A DNA stretch of 63,968 nt, counting the filler, from Octopus bimaculoides (lineage: Eukaryota): NCBI RefSeq assembly GCF_001194135.2. It is 6 parts of 6 records of this genome, joined end to end, with 100 filler letters (N's around TTAATTAATTAA, not from the genome) between each part and the next. Parts side by side here need not be neighbours in the genome. Positions count along the whole stretch, not along the records: positions 1 to 13,363 come from NC_069010.1; positions 13,464 to 25,007 come from NC_068983.1; 4 more parts are not named here. One strand, given 5' to 3'. Below, one piece after another: positions 10,235 through 21,271 of this stretch. Position 1 is the stretch's first letter. Every line of letters begins with the position of its first letter. Made by a program: the position numbers and the translations under genes. The notes beneath the pieces were generated by a model that was not told where the DNA came from, did no database searches, and saw nothing but the letters and a program-made list of their open reading frames with translations.

Positions 10235-11195
10235 TCATCATCATCATCGTTTAACGTCCGCTTTCCATGCTAGCATGGGTTGGACGATTTGACTGAGGAC
10301 TGGTGAAACCGGATGGCAACACCAGGCTCCAATCTGATTTGAGTTTCTACAGCTGGATGCCCTTCCTAACGCCAACCACTCAGAGAGTGTAGTGGGTGCT
10401 TTTACGTGTCAACCGCACGAAAACGGCCACGCTCGAAATGGTGTCTTTTATGTGCCNNNNNNNNNNNNNNNNNNNNNNNNNNNNNNNNNNNNNNNNNNNN
10501 NNNNNNNNNNNNNNNNNNNNNNNNNNNNNNNNNNNNNNNNNNNNNNNNNNNNNNNNNNNNNNNNNNNNNNNNNNNNNNNNNNNNNNNNNNNNNNNNNNNN
10601 NNNNNNNNNNNNNNNNNNNNNNNNNNNNNNNNNNNNNNNNNNNNNNNNNNNNNNNNNNNNNNNNNNNNNNNNNNNNNNNNNNNNNNNNNNNNNNNNNNNN
10701 NNNNNNNNNNNNNNNNNNNNNNNNNNNNNNNNNNNNNNNNNNNNNNNNNNNNNNNNNNNNNNNNNNNNNNNNNNNNNNNNNNNNNNNNNNNNNNNNNNNN
10801 NNNNNNNNNNNNNNNNNNNNNNNNNNNNNNNNNNNNNNNNNNNNNNNNNNNNNNNNNNNNNNNNNNNNNNNNNNNNNNNNNNNNNNNNNNNNNNNNNNNN
10901 NNNNNNNNNNNNNNNNNNNNNNNNNNNNNNNNNNNNNNNNNNNNNNNNNNNNNNNNNNNNNNNNNNNNNNNNNNNNNNNNNNNNNNNNNNNNNNNNNNNN
11001 NNNNNNNNNNNNNNNNNNNNNNNNNGCTTCATTCCTTGCGAGCTTACGTATGTCCTCAGCAGTTACAGCCCATGTTTCACTGCCATGTAGCATGGCTGTT
11101 CGTACGCATGCGTCATACAGTCTGCCTTTTACTCTGAGTGAGAGTCCCTTTGTCGCCAGCAGGGGTAAGAGCTCTCTAAACTTTGCCCAGGCTAT
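10235..11195 (-). mobile_element. 5'-truncated RTE-clade LINE in SLX1 intron 1 (spans an N gap)
   Basis: Minus-strand WAKFRELLPLLATKGLSLRVKGRLYDACVRTAMLHGSETWAVTAEDIRKLARNE is the RTE RT C-terminal motif. The 3' tail ends ...ggaaagcggacgttaaacgatgatgat. Confidence 0.85.
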
Positions 11196-11197
11196 TC

Positions 11198-11242
<45 letters not shown>

Positions 11243-11243
<1 letters not shown>

Positions 11244-11372
11244 CTCCTTTTATTCCTCTGTCAAAGGGCATAGGCTTGAAACATAAAAGACTTTTCCATT
11301 TTTCTGAAGTGTTAAACTGCTTGTTGTTCCTACACCTGTCTTCGTCTTTTGTTTTTCTTCAAATTTGAACTA
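11243..11372 (+). mobile_element. Short repeat with a variant hammerhead-like core (copy 3, degenerate, in SLX1 intron 1)
   Basis: CTGTCAA-A-GGGC[ATAG]GCTT-GAAA-CA-TA-aaagac at 11258-11291; same tail ctgcttgttgtt...cacctgtcttcgtcttttg. Confidence 0.55.
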
Positions 11373-11536
11373 TATATATATACACATATACACACGCACA
11401 CATTTATTTATATACATATATAAATAGAGGATTGGCTTATTGGAGACTGGTTACTAATAGCAACACTTGTTTAGCAATTGCAATAAACAGCTTCAAAGCC
11501 TACACAAATCCACACAAAATTCATAAAATCTCTCAC

Positions 11537-11718
11537 CATGGGCCGCGTCCACTCGTCTTCCAGGCCCCACCAGCCTGCTTTCCACTGTTGTGTTGCCGGA
11601 CACGTCTGTTTGGATCGACAGTGTATCCAATGTAGACTCGATCCTTATAAACTGGGTTGATGTTGTAAAGAAGATAGACCCCGAAGAAATCTTCAATTTC
11701 ATTTGGGGACTCTTCCAT
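11537..11718 (-). CDS. SLX1: SLX1 structure-specific endonuclease, first coding exon (GIY-YIG domain N-terminus)
   Basis: ATG at 11718-11716. Translation [61 protein letters not shown] matches the SLX1 signature (GVYLL..YIGFTV.P.RR..QHN.G...GGAW.T..RGPW). Ends at a phase-2 donor TG|GTGAGA. Confidence 0.95.
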
Positions 11719-11884
11719 GATGACAATTAAGGGGCTGCAACTGTTTTGGTCTGAAAGCAGTAAAGAGATGAATATAAGAGAAAAAGATATGAGATGTGTC
11801 ATAACTATGATCATTCAATCGTCACATCAATCAAGGAGTCTCGCCTAGCAAGCTATTGGGGGGGGGGCTGTTTTGATCTGAAAG

Positions 11885-12266
11885 TAGTTGTTGGCACTCC
11901 ATCGCTTACGATGTTGAGGGTTCCACTTGATCCGATCAACAGAACAGCCTGCTCGTGAAATTAATGTGCAAGTGGCTGAGCACTCCACAGACATGTGTAC
12001 CCTTAACGTAGTTCTTGGGGCTATTCAGCGTGACACAGAGTGACAAGGCTGACCCTTTGAATTACAGGCACAACAGAAACAGGAAGAAAGAGTGAGAGAA
12101 AGTTGTGGTGAAAGAGTACAGCAGGGTTCGCCACCATCCCCTGCCGGAGCCTCGTGGAGCTTTAGGTGTTTTCGCTCAATAAACACTCACAACGCCTGGT
12201 CTGGGAATCAAAACCGCGATCCTATGATTGCGAGTCCGCTGCCCTAACTACTGGGCCATTGCACCT
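11885..12266 (-). mobile_element. tRNA(Arg)-like SINE (octopus OR-type)
   Basis: Head tggcccagtagttagggcagcggactcgcaatc...ggttttgattccc. Body and tail match 18497-18847. Confidence 0.75.
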
Positions 12267-12572
12267 CCACTCTGAAAGTAGTAGAGAGATGGAGAAAAGA
12301 AAGAGATATGAGGTGTGGTGTAACACAACCATCTTGTCATCACATCAATCAAGGGGTCCCGTCTTTCAAGGTACCAGGGGTCAAAAAAAAAAGAGGGTGG
12401 CTGCAACTGTTTTGGGTCTGAAAGATGAAGAGAAAAAGACATGGTGTAACAATGACCATCCAGTCATCAATGAAGGGAACTTGTCTTGCAAACTATAAGG
12501 GGTCAAAAAAAAGGGGGCTACAACTGTTCTGGTCTGATAGTAGTCAAGAGATAAAGAAAACATGTTGTAACC

Positions 12573-12820
12573 CAGGGGTTTTCAAACTTTTTGACTTGCG
12601 GACCCCTTTATATTTCAGCTTATGAAATTAATGCATAAATATTTGCTTAAAATAACATACATTTTTACATTTATTTATTTAACAGTATTTAACAAAATAG
12701 GTTTATTGTCAATTAAAAGATTTCGATTAAAAAAACATATATAAAATCAAATTGCCCATAAAAAGTATTTGCTGTTCACGGACCCCCTGTGGTCCGCAGA
12801 CCACAGTTTGAAAACCCCTG
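12573..12820. mobile_element. hAT (Charlie-like) MITE, 248 bp
   Basis: Perfect 15-bp TIRs CAGGGGTTTTCAAAC / GTTTGAAAACCCCTG and a perfect 8-bp TSD TTGTAACC (12565-12572, 12821-12828). Confidence 0.93.
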
Positions 12821-13363
12821 TTGTAACCAATGATCAGCCTATCATTACATCAATCAAGGGGTCTCGTCTTACAAGCTGTTTGGGTACCTCACACATGCTA
12901 GGGCCACAAAAGTGAACACAGTTATCTGACCTGCCTGAGCCTGTCAAACAGTCCAACCCATGCCAGCATGAAAAACATATACTAAAGGACGATGATAATG
13001 ATGATGGTGATAACAACGGGCTTCTTTCAGTTTCCATATACCAAATACACTCACAAGGCTTTGGTCAGTCCAGGATTTTAGTAGAAGATGCCATGCTCGG
13101 GTTAGGGTTGGGCCAAGGTGCCACGCAGTGGGACTGAACCCGGAACTATGTAGTTGGGAAGCAAACTTCTTAAGATCCACCTGGAACGTTCTTCAAAAGC
13201 TAGCCTGGTAGAGACGGACTATATGTAATCTGAACCTTTCCCCCACTTATTTATTAATTTTTTTTACGGAATCCCACGTTTTAGGCTATGGAGATTCCGA
13301 TTCTGAAAAAAATTTTTTTGAAAGATTTCAATCCCCCCCTCCACCAAGCAGGCTATTTACATG

Positions 13364-13463
13364 NNNNNNNNNNNNNNNNNNNNNNNNNNNNNNNNNNNNN
13401 NNNNNNNTTAATTAATTAANNNNNNNNNNNNNNNNNNNNNNNNNNNNNNNNNNNNNNNNNNNN
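13364..13463. other. Artificial scaffold linker (44N-TTAATTAATTAA-44N)
   Basis: Exact 100-bp structure with stop codons in all six frames. Confidence 0.97.
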
Positions 13464-13750
13464 ATACATCAATTAGAAAGAAATTATTTTCTTCATTATC
13501 TTTGACAACTTTATCTGGTCTAATTGCCTTAATTTCTCTATCTGTGTGTATTGGCATATCCCAGAGTATGGTTGCTTTCTCGTTTTCTGTGTCCTTTTCT
13601 GGCATGTGTATATACCATCTTTTTTCTTTTGTTATTCCATAGTGTTGGCATAGCTTCCAGTGTATATAGGTCCCAGCTCTGTCGTGTCTGTGAATATATT
13701 CCTTCTTCGCCAGGACTGGACAGCCAGAGATAATATGATTTATTGTTTCT
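13464..13750 (-). mobile_element. R4/Dong-type non-LTR retrotransposon fragment (CCHC knuckle plus restriction-like endonuclease)
   Basis: CRICGDGQETINHIISGCPVLAKKEYIHRHD....IHWKLC..YG...WY.H.P...ENE...ILWD..IHTDREIKAIRPD.VV....FFLIDV. Confidence 0.9.
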
Positions 13751-14499
13751 TGTCCATCTCCACATATTCTACAGTTACTTCTTATGTTTCTTTTCATTAT
13801 ATGTTTTTGTTAATTTCTGGTGTGGAGGCTTTGTTCTTGTGCAGCAATTAAAAATCCTTCAGTCTCTGCTTTGAGTCCTGAGCTTCTCAACCATTGCTGG
13901 GATTTTTCTCTGTCTATTTCTTTTGCATTTAGTTTAGCCCAGTATGAATGTCCTCATGCAGTACCATGCAGTGGATCTCATGGTTTCTGATCTTAACTGA
14001 TTGGAAGTTTTATCATGTACATTGTTTTGTTTTGGTATGAAAGACGGGTTACAGCAAATATTCTAGTCACTACCACAGATTTGTTTGTCAGTTGTTTGAC
14101 CATAACCAGTTGAACATGTTCCTTAGTGGCTGATATGTGCACCTCTAATCACGAGCAGAGGTAGTGGAGGATCATCATAGCCATGTGTGAGAGTAATTCT
14201 TTTGGATTTGTATAATTGACATCTGGAACCATGGGTGTTTTGTTCAGCATCCATAAAAACATTTATTCAGGGACCTTTTGAGCGGGATGGGCTACTCGAC
14301 CTGAAAATTATTCTAACTGGGACTCACCTTTAAGGGCATGGGCCATTTATCTCAATGTGTGATCACCATGTTGCGCACATATGGCTGTGATGCATGTGCC
14401 TGGTCTATTTTTATCAGACGAGTAGTCACGTTAAGTATGTTGAACTTCGTATATTTGTACCCCAGTGTCACTTTCATGGCATGCACTACTCTCTCACTC

Positions 14500-14505
14500 A
14501 ATAAC

Positions 14506-14568
<63 letters not shown>

Positions 14569-14900
14569 CATAATAATAATAATAATAATGATAATAATAA
14601 GGATAATAATAGTGTGAGGTGTATAATAATGAGATAATGAAAGTGATGTTGACAATGCATATAAATATGTATGTGTATCCATGTATATATACATACGTAC
14701 ATATATATATGTATATAGAAATATTTATTATCTGTATACTTATATACATACATATACATATGTATATATACATACATGCACACACACATACACACACACA
14801 TACACACATACATACATACATATATATATACACACACACAAAGGTATACTTGCTAGCATGCATATACATACACAGTCATGCAAACACATATAGCCAGAAA
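14500..14900. repeat. Compound (AAT)n + (TA/CA)n microsatellite
   Basis: Read directly. Similar arrays at 15320-15480, 21570-21910, 54590-55150 and 56150-56500. Confidence 0.95.
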
Positions 14901-15329
14901 TATATTCGTAAGACAGGATTGTAATTATTGACAATGGCGTTTCTATAAAAGGGAAGCAAACAAGTACGAATGCATATACGCAATATGAAAAATCGCAACA
15001 AATAGAAACGAAGAACTCAAGTGAGAAGAACTGAAACACAAATAAAACAACACCAACAACTAAATATCATATACACTAAAAGATAAACTTTTACGAAACG
15101 AATTTTAATCAACAACTGCTACATTTCAATACAAACATTTATCTAACATCAATATTGCGTTCATCTATGTGTACAGATATTTCGCAAGTTATATTGCAAT
15201 AGCAATCTGTAAAGGATGTTTAATCTATATGTTCTTTACTTCACATTTTCTTTAGCTTTAGGTATAATTAAATAGTACTAGACGACATCAGAAATATTTC
15301 ATGTTGAAGGGAACAGACGAAAGCATGCG

Positions 15330-15361
<32 letters not shown>

Positions 15362-15845
15362 TGTATGTATGTATGTATGTATGTTTGTATGTATCTATGT
15401 ATCAATGTATATATGTCCGTAAGTATGTATGTATATATATGTATCAATGTAAGAAATACACAATTACACATGCGAATAATGTTTATCTATCGATGTATAT
15501 ATAAAATGTGCACCGTTATACATATATGCATTGTCATATAATATATATACAATATCACAATATGTTTTGCCCGTGGATGAAGTTTCTTATTACAAGATAA
15601 CGATTCGTTCATCCATTCGAAATGACAGCGGTACATATCTTTACATCACAGTGCTTCCAATATATTAGAAATATACTTACACACATGCTACACAAACACT
15701 TTCATATATAATGTGCGAATTATATATCAACCTGCACACATATATATATATATATATATACAAGTGCACACATGCATATATATATATGCACATATATACA
15801 AAACCATGTATACATATATGCATACACATGTACATGAAGATGATA

Positions 15846-15881
<36 letters not shown>

Positions 15882-18496
15882 GTGATAACAATGACGGTTG
15901 TCCGCCGAAGATGACCATCACTAACCGTTTCTCATGCAAAATTCCAGTAATACCCGTGTTTGATGTTATTGTACTTGCAATCGATTTTACTGGGGTTCGA
16001 GTCCGATTGCAGCGCCCTCATACTCGGCCGGGTATCGGACAGTTACCGCATGTCGATCGCACGACCTAAATTTTTAGGTCTAATAATGTTCGCACATCAC
16101 CTCACTGACTCTCTCTACGCTACTGACAACCCAGTGCCCATATGTGTCGTAGGCTCAGGAATGTGGGAGTGCCAGAATTTCAACCGCAAGCAGAAGATCC
16201 CCATAATTCTGAATGCCATTCTCTGCCATTATCTGGTTTTATACCAAATTGACCATACTCTAGGTTGCATACATAAACAGACAACCAAAAGAAAATGACT
16301 GAACACATTTGGTAAGTGTTACATGTATAATTTCAGAAGAGTTTAAATTAATACCATGCACTCAGATTTGTAGGCTCATAGAATGAAACTAACTCATGGG
16401 CCATTTGGAGATAGAGTAACAGGATATGAGATGGTATCTCAATAAAACGCAACACTTGTGGGCTAGCATCCTCCTGTAGGCTGTTGGTATGATTTGGAAA
16501 TTAAAGATTGGGCTGGATATTGCAAATTGCGTGTGTGTTTTAATCTATTATAGCGTACAATGTTGCATACGAGGCACCCTCACAGCATCCGATGACGTTA
16601 CATGACACTAAATAGGCATGACAACCAATAGCTTCAAGGGAAGATATGTACAGCTTATGCACTCCTTCAGTTGTAGCGTAGGAAAAACTTCTCCTCATGC
16701 TATTTTATTTGGAGACTCCATGAATATCGAATGGAATATCTTTGACAGGGCTCCTTCGTACTTACCTGGAAATGCTAACTCTCTCAATTCTGTGCGAATT
16801 TGGATTCTGTACCCGATGACAATTTTGGACGATTCCATTCACAGCCCTTCACCAATGAAACTAGGATCAAATGCAATTTGAAACCATTATGATGCGTGAA
16901 TATTATTGCTTATTATTACAGAGTTGCTATGAATTCCATGAATGGAAGAATAGCGATATAACTAAAAACTAATTAGTGGATATGAAGTGGTGTATTTCAT
17001 TAGTATCATTATGCAATGGAACAAGATTTTTCGGTGAAATGGCTTTAATTATGCGACTGAATATTTAATGGTTGTCCTAATGAAGAATAATGGGAGAAGA
17101 ACATTCTTGCTCAATTTTCTTTCTATATATTTCTCATTGCATTTTAAGAGAAAGCTTTGCAATATCGCAAAAGATATGAACTTAAATATGAAAATTATGG
17201 AGAGTAGGTTCTGCAATGTCTTGATGCGATAGTGAAATACGGATTCTAGATCCGAATTTAGATTACTGAAATAGTAGGTATCAGTATTATATTCAGTAAG
17301 AAATATTTTTATTTCGTACAAAACTACAATCAGTTTCTTTCTCAATGAATGTTATCCCAGACTAATGTAAACAATTTTAATGAGTTAACGTAATTAGCAA
17401 CGTTCGCTTATGTCTTATCTCCAAGTTACAACCCAGAATTAATTAAGCGTACAATCGAGTATCTTGCAGTCGTTCAACCTTCTATTTATAACAGTCAAGA
17501 CGGAAGTAAACACTAGAAAATGTAGTTCTTGATATACAATTCTACATCATCGTTAGGTCTGGAGTACATCCGGTCATGGTATCCAGCTAGAGCCAGCATT
17601 GTTGTAAACAACAATATCAAATGACGGGTAAAAAATAAAAAAGGACGAAATACTCAAATGAAGATAAATGTTGAAAATTTTAGGACAGAAATTTCTGTCA
17701 AATTCAATTCATTTCTAATGACGATTCAAGATTCCGTACACTATGTATCAGCAGTTTCACACCCAGTAGGATGAAGCTTAATGAATTTTCAGCATGCTCT
17801 TTCTACATGACTTACGGCTCAAAAGGCTTGTTTGATGGGAGTTTTTCCTCTGAAGATTTTCCCTGCAGTTCGCTTGCCCTGTAACGAGTCTCCACCGCAC
17901 CCGACATATACATACATATATACATGCATCCATCTATCCATCTATCCATCCATACATACATACATAAAAACAGATACTATCAATATATATATATGTACTA
18001 TCAATATATATATATATATNNNNNNNNNNNNNNNNNNNNNNNNNNNNNNNNNNNNNNNNNNNNNNNNNNNNNNNNNNNNNNNNNNNNNNNNNNNNNNNNN
18101 NNNNNNNNNNNNNNNNNNNNNNNNNNNNNNNNNNNNNNNNNNNNNNNNNNNNNNNNNNNNNNNNNNNNNNNNNNNNNNNNNNNNNNNNNNNNNNNNNNNN
18201 NNNNNNNNNNNNNNNNNNNNNNNNNNNNNNNNNNNNNNNNNNNNNNNNNNNNNNNNNNNNNNNNATATATAGAAAGAGATAGCTAGCTAGCTACATAAAT
18301 AGATATAGGCTACGGGAAAAAAAGATGTCCAACAGCATGTTGGTGAATTCACTTTGTATGCCTTCAAGTAAGCTTTAACACACATATTCATGTATTTAGT
18401 AATAGCAATTAGAAAGACATAGCAAGAAGTTCCAACATTTTATATCTGATAGTAGCATGTCTAATATCTACGTTACTGGTGTGGTGTTATCAATGT

Positions 18497-18847
18497 GGGG
18501 GCCCAGTGGTTAGGGCAGCAGACTCGCGGTTGTGGGATCGCAGTTTTGATTCACAGACCGGGCGTTGTGAGTGTTTATTGAGCAAAAACACCCAAAGCTA
18601 CGCGAGGCTCCTGCTGTACTCTTTCTCCACAACTTTCTTTCGCTCCTTCTTCGTGCTCCTGTTGTACCTGTATTTCAAATGGCCAGCCTTATCACACACT
18701 GTCTCACGCTGAATCTCCCCGAGAACTACGTTAAGAGTACACGTGTCTGTGGAGTGCCCAGCCACTGACACGTTAATTTCACGAGCAGGCTGTTCCATCG
18801 ATCGGATCAACTGGAACCCTCGTCCTCGTAACCGTCGGAGTGCCATG
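18497..18847 (+). mobile_element. tRNA(Arg)-like SINE (octopus OR-type)
   Basis: ggcccagtggttagggcagcagactcgcgg head; shared tail acacgttaatttcacgagcaggctgttcc...ggagtgcc. Confidence 0.75.
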
Positions 18848-20519
18848 GTCTTATCAATGCTTTCTATCATATTAGGTTTCCGTCCTATCATTACGCTTCT
18901 ATAACATACTTAACTGATGTGTAATAGATATTTGAGAATAAAGGGTAACCAAGTGGCATCAACTCTAATTACAACCTATCAAAGAGAGGTACAATTTAAA
19001 ATAATATTGCATTGTCTGTTACGTTACTAAGTATGACACATGGTATTATGTGAGAAACATGAACAAATTACGATTTAAACATTTCATTTCGTAATGTATC
19101 ATATATAACCAATGAAAACTTTTCCCTATACAGTGAATAACGCTTTTGTTTACTTTCTTTACCAATGTTACGCGCTTATTGTTAATGTGATTTGCTTGAA
19201 AGACACAGCCATCCGGAATCACGTCGTACACCAGATTATTTTATCTATTTATGACATATTCTCTCGGTGTAACTTTCCTGAAGAAGGCGACGATCTGGCA
19301 GAATCTTAACCAAACCAGACAAAATTCTCAGTAGTATCTTATCTGCGACCTTACGTTCTAAGTACAAAATGTAATTGACGCCGAATTTACCTTTCATCGT
19401 TTCGGGGTTCGATTAATCTGGTTCGACTAATCGACTAACGCGTCCCCCAAAATTTCAAGCCTTGTCCCAATAGTAGAAAGAAATATTATTATTATTAGTT
19501 TTTCGAAGTCATGTTTAAATGCTTTGTGGTTGTTGTATATTCTTTCTCAGTAACTTTGCATGTTAAATTACATTAATGTTTAGGTTTCTACACTCCTATG
19601 TGCATGGAATATCAGTGATAGAGAAGCCATAACAATATTTTCCTTGATTCAGTAGTATAGGGTTAAGGGAACGCTGTTCTGCATTGAGCTATATCATATG
19701 AGCATAACATTTGGTGAAATTCTAAGCACGCATTTAACTCTTTCTCCGTTTGGTGTTCCCTCATCAGCTGGGCAGAAGCCACATGCTATAATGTCGCTGG
19801 TTATTTTTTCAGACAATTAAAAGGCAACAACTTTTGTAAAAGATTGCAGATTTAATGAAGAAGAGGACAGCAGCATTGTCTGTCACCTTGAACATTCCTG
19901 CTGTAATATTTGTACCAGTGTAAACAATTGTTCTGGCCTTTTATTTTCCAGTTTGATGATTTTTGACCAAGTCGTATGTCATTCAATGATAATAAGTCTA
20001 TAACGTCAGGGACTTTTTTCAACTGCATTAACTCCAGCAACACTGAATAAAATCAAACACCATCCTAGCAACGTTTTTGTATTTTTTACCGTGCATATTC
20101 ATCAATCGCACGACATTTGTTTTGTCAAAGCAATCCCTCTCTTCCCCATGTACTGTAATCAACCATTAAAAATGCTATAAGTGAATTGATGTAGACAGCC
20201 TAATAGTTATCCATAATAAATAAGCAACAATAAACAAGTACTTTTCTACTAATTCCTTGTATTCTATAATCTCTTGCAATCCATTCCCATCTTAATTCTC
20301 TCATTTATTTCCGTTCTCGCAGACAAAAAATGGATATAATTTTCAAACACAGTTGAATTAGAAATGCACAGCATACATTGTGTCTGCGTTTTCATTGATT
20401 TAATAACAAACTTAGTTTGATACTACAAAGAAAACATCACTGTGGAAAATTCTCTTCCGGTCTGGTTGTCTAATTCCTTTGTATTTATCATAAAATTATC
20501 TGACACTGAAACGGATGTG

Positions 20520-21110
20520 TAGGTCTCGGTATCACAGCCTCTAATCATTGACAACAATCTCAACTGGAGTGTCTAGATTGACAACAATCTCAACTGGTGT
20601 GTCTACATCAAAAATAAGATCGTAGGAGTCATCATTGACTAATTCTTCATTGTTCAGCCATACCTCTAATAGTGCTGCCCTCTGCTCCCCCCCCCCTAAG
20701 AAAAACACATTTAGAATTAAGAATTAAGGGCATGACTTATCTCAATCATTAGGACCGGCTTAAAGCATTGAAACTCTATTCTCTCAAGGGCTGCCGTGAG
20801 CCATATATCATTTGCACGATATGTGGAGAATAGACCACCAGTATTGCACAAATGACTTAGCATTAGTTTCAGGATTCATCCAAGGTTAGGACCGCAGGCC
20901 ATACTTCCCTAATACATTGCAACACAATTTGTTTTCTTCAATAGGCCCTGCCCTGTGTAACATTGTCCCCAAACAGATCAAAGAGGAGTAGGATCCCATC
21001 ACCTTTAAACAGATTCCGGACAAATTTCTACGAAGGATACCATAAAAGCCGCCTATGATTGGATACAACTCAATCATCAAGAAATCCATTCTCGTATGGG
21101 CCACGATGCC
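20520..21110 (+). mobile_element. Old CR1/L2-like LINE 3' relic
   Basis: DNNLNW...I (RT thumb-like) and GPALCNIVPKQIKEE..P.TFK...DKFLRRIP..P...GY are typical of CR1/L2 C-termini. Highly degraded. Confidence 0.45.
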
Positions 21111-21237
21111 ATGAAACTTGACACAAAAAGGATGTAGTAAATCCTATCAGGTGATGTTAAGTTAGACATGGCCTGAGCCAATCTTTGGTCGAAACATATG
21201 TAAATTATCTACGTTATATTTATATATGTATATATAT

Positions 21238-21271
<34 letters not shown>

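Larger units (their letters stand above)
11731..12885. repeat. Degenerate approximately 120-140-bp tandem array (about 4 units) just 5' of the SLX1 ATG, interrupted by a SINE and a MITE
   Basis: Recurrent ggggctgcaactgttttggtctgaaag (about 11731, 11862, 12396, 12513) and catcacatcaatcaagg(g/a)gtc (about 11822, 12338, 12845). Confidence 0.75.

Noticed and set aside
2311-11718. Functional link between the Penelope GIY-YIG fragment and the SLX1 GIY-YIG gene
   Set aside because: The PLE piece is a truncated relic nested in a MITE and shows no specific similarity to SLX1; co-location is most likely chance.
12130-12266. tRNA genes in SINE heads
   Set aside because: They lack a complete acceptor stem and continue into shared SINE bodies.
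14338-15541. Low-complexity ORFs (poly-N/I, YIYI, CVCV, HTHT), here and throughout
   Set aside because: Translations of microsatellites.
15570-15630. SECIS-like hairpin (ATGA..AA..GA)
   Set aside because: Helix II does not pair at the required spacing, and no selenoprotein gene is nearby.
15900-16250. GC-richer island with GTTCGAGTCC and an 8-bp inverted repeat (gacctaaa/tttaggtc)
   Set aside because: No A-box or cloverleaf and no recognisable ORF, so a tRNA call is unsupported.
19278-19290. CTGAAGAAGG hammerhead start
   Set aside because: Immediately truncated by a type B SINE head; no stem II or GAAA.
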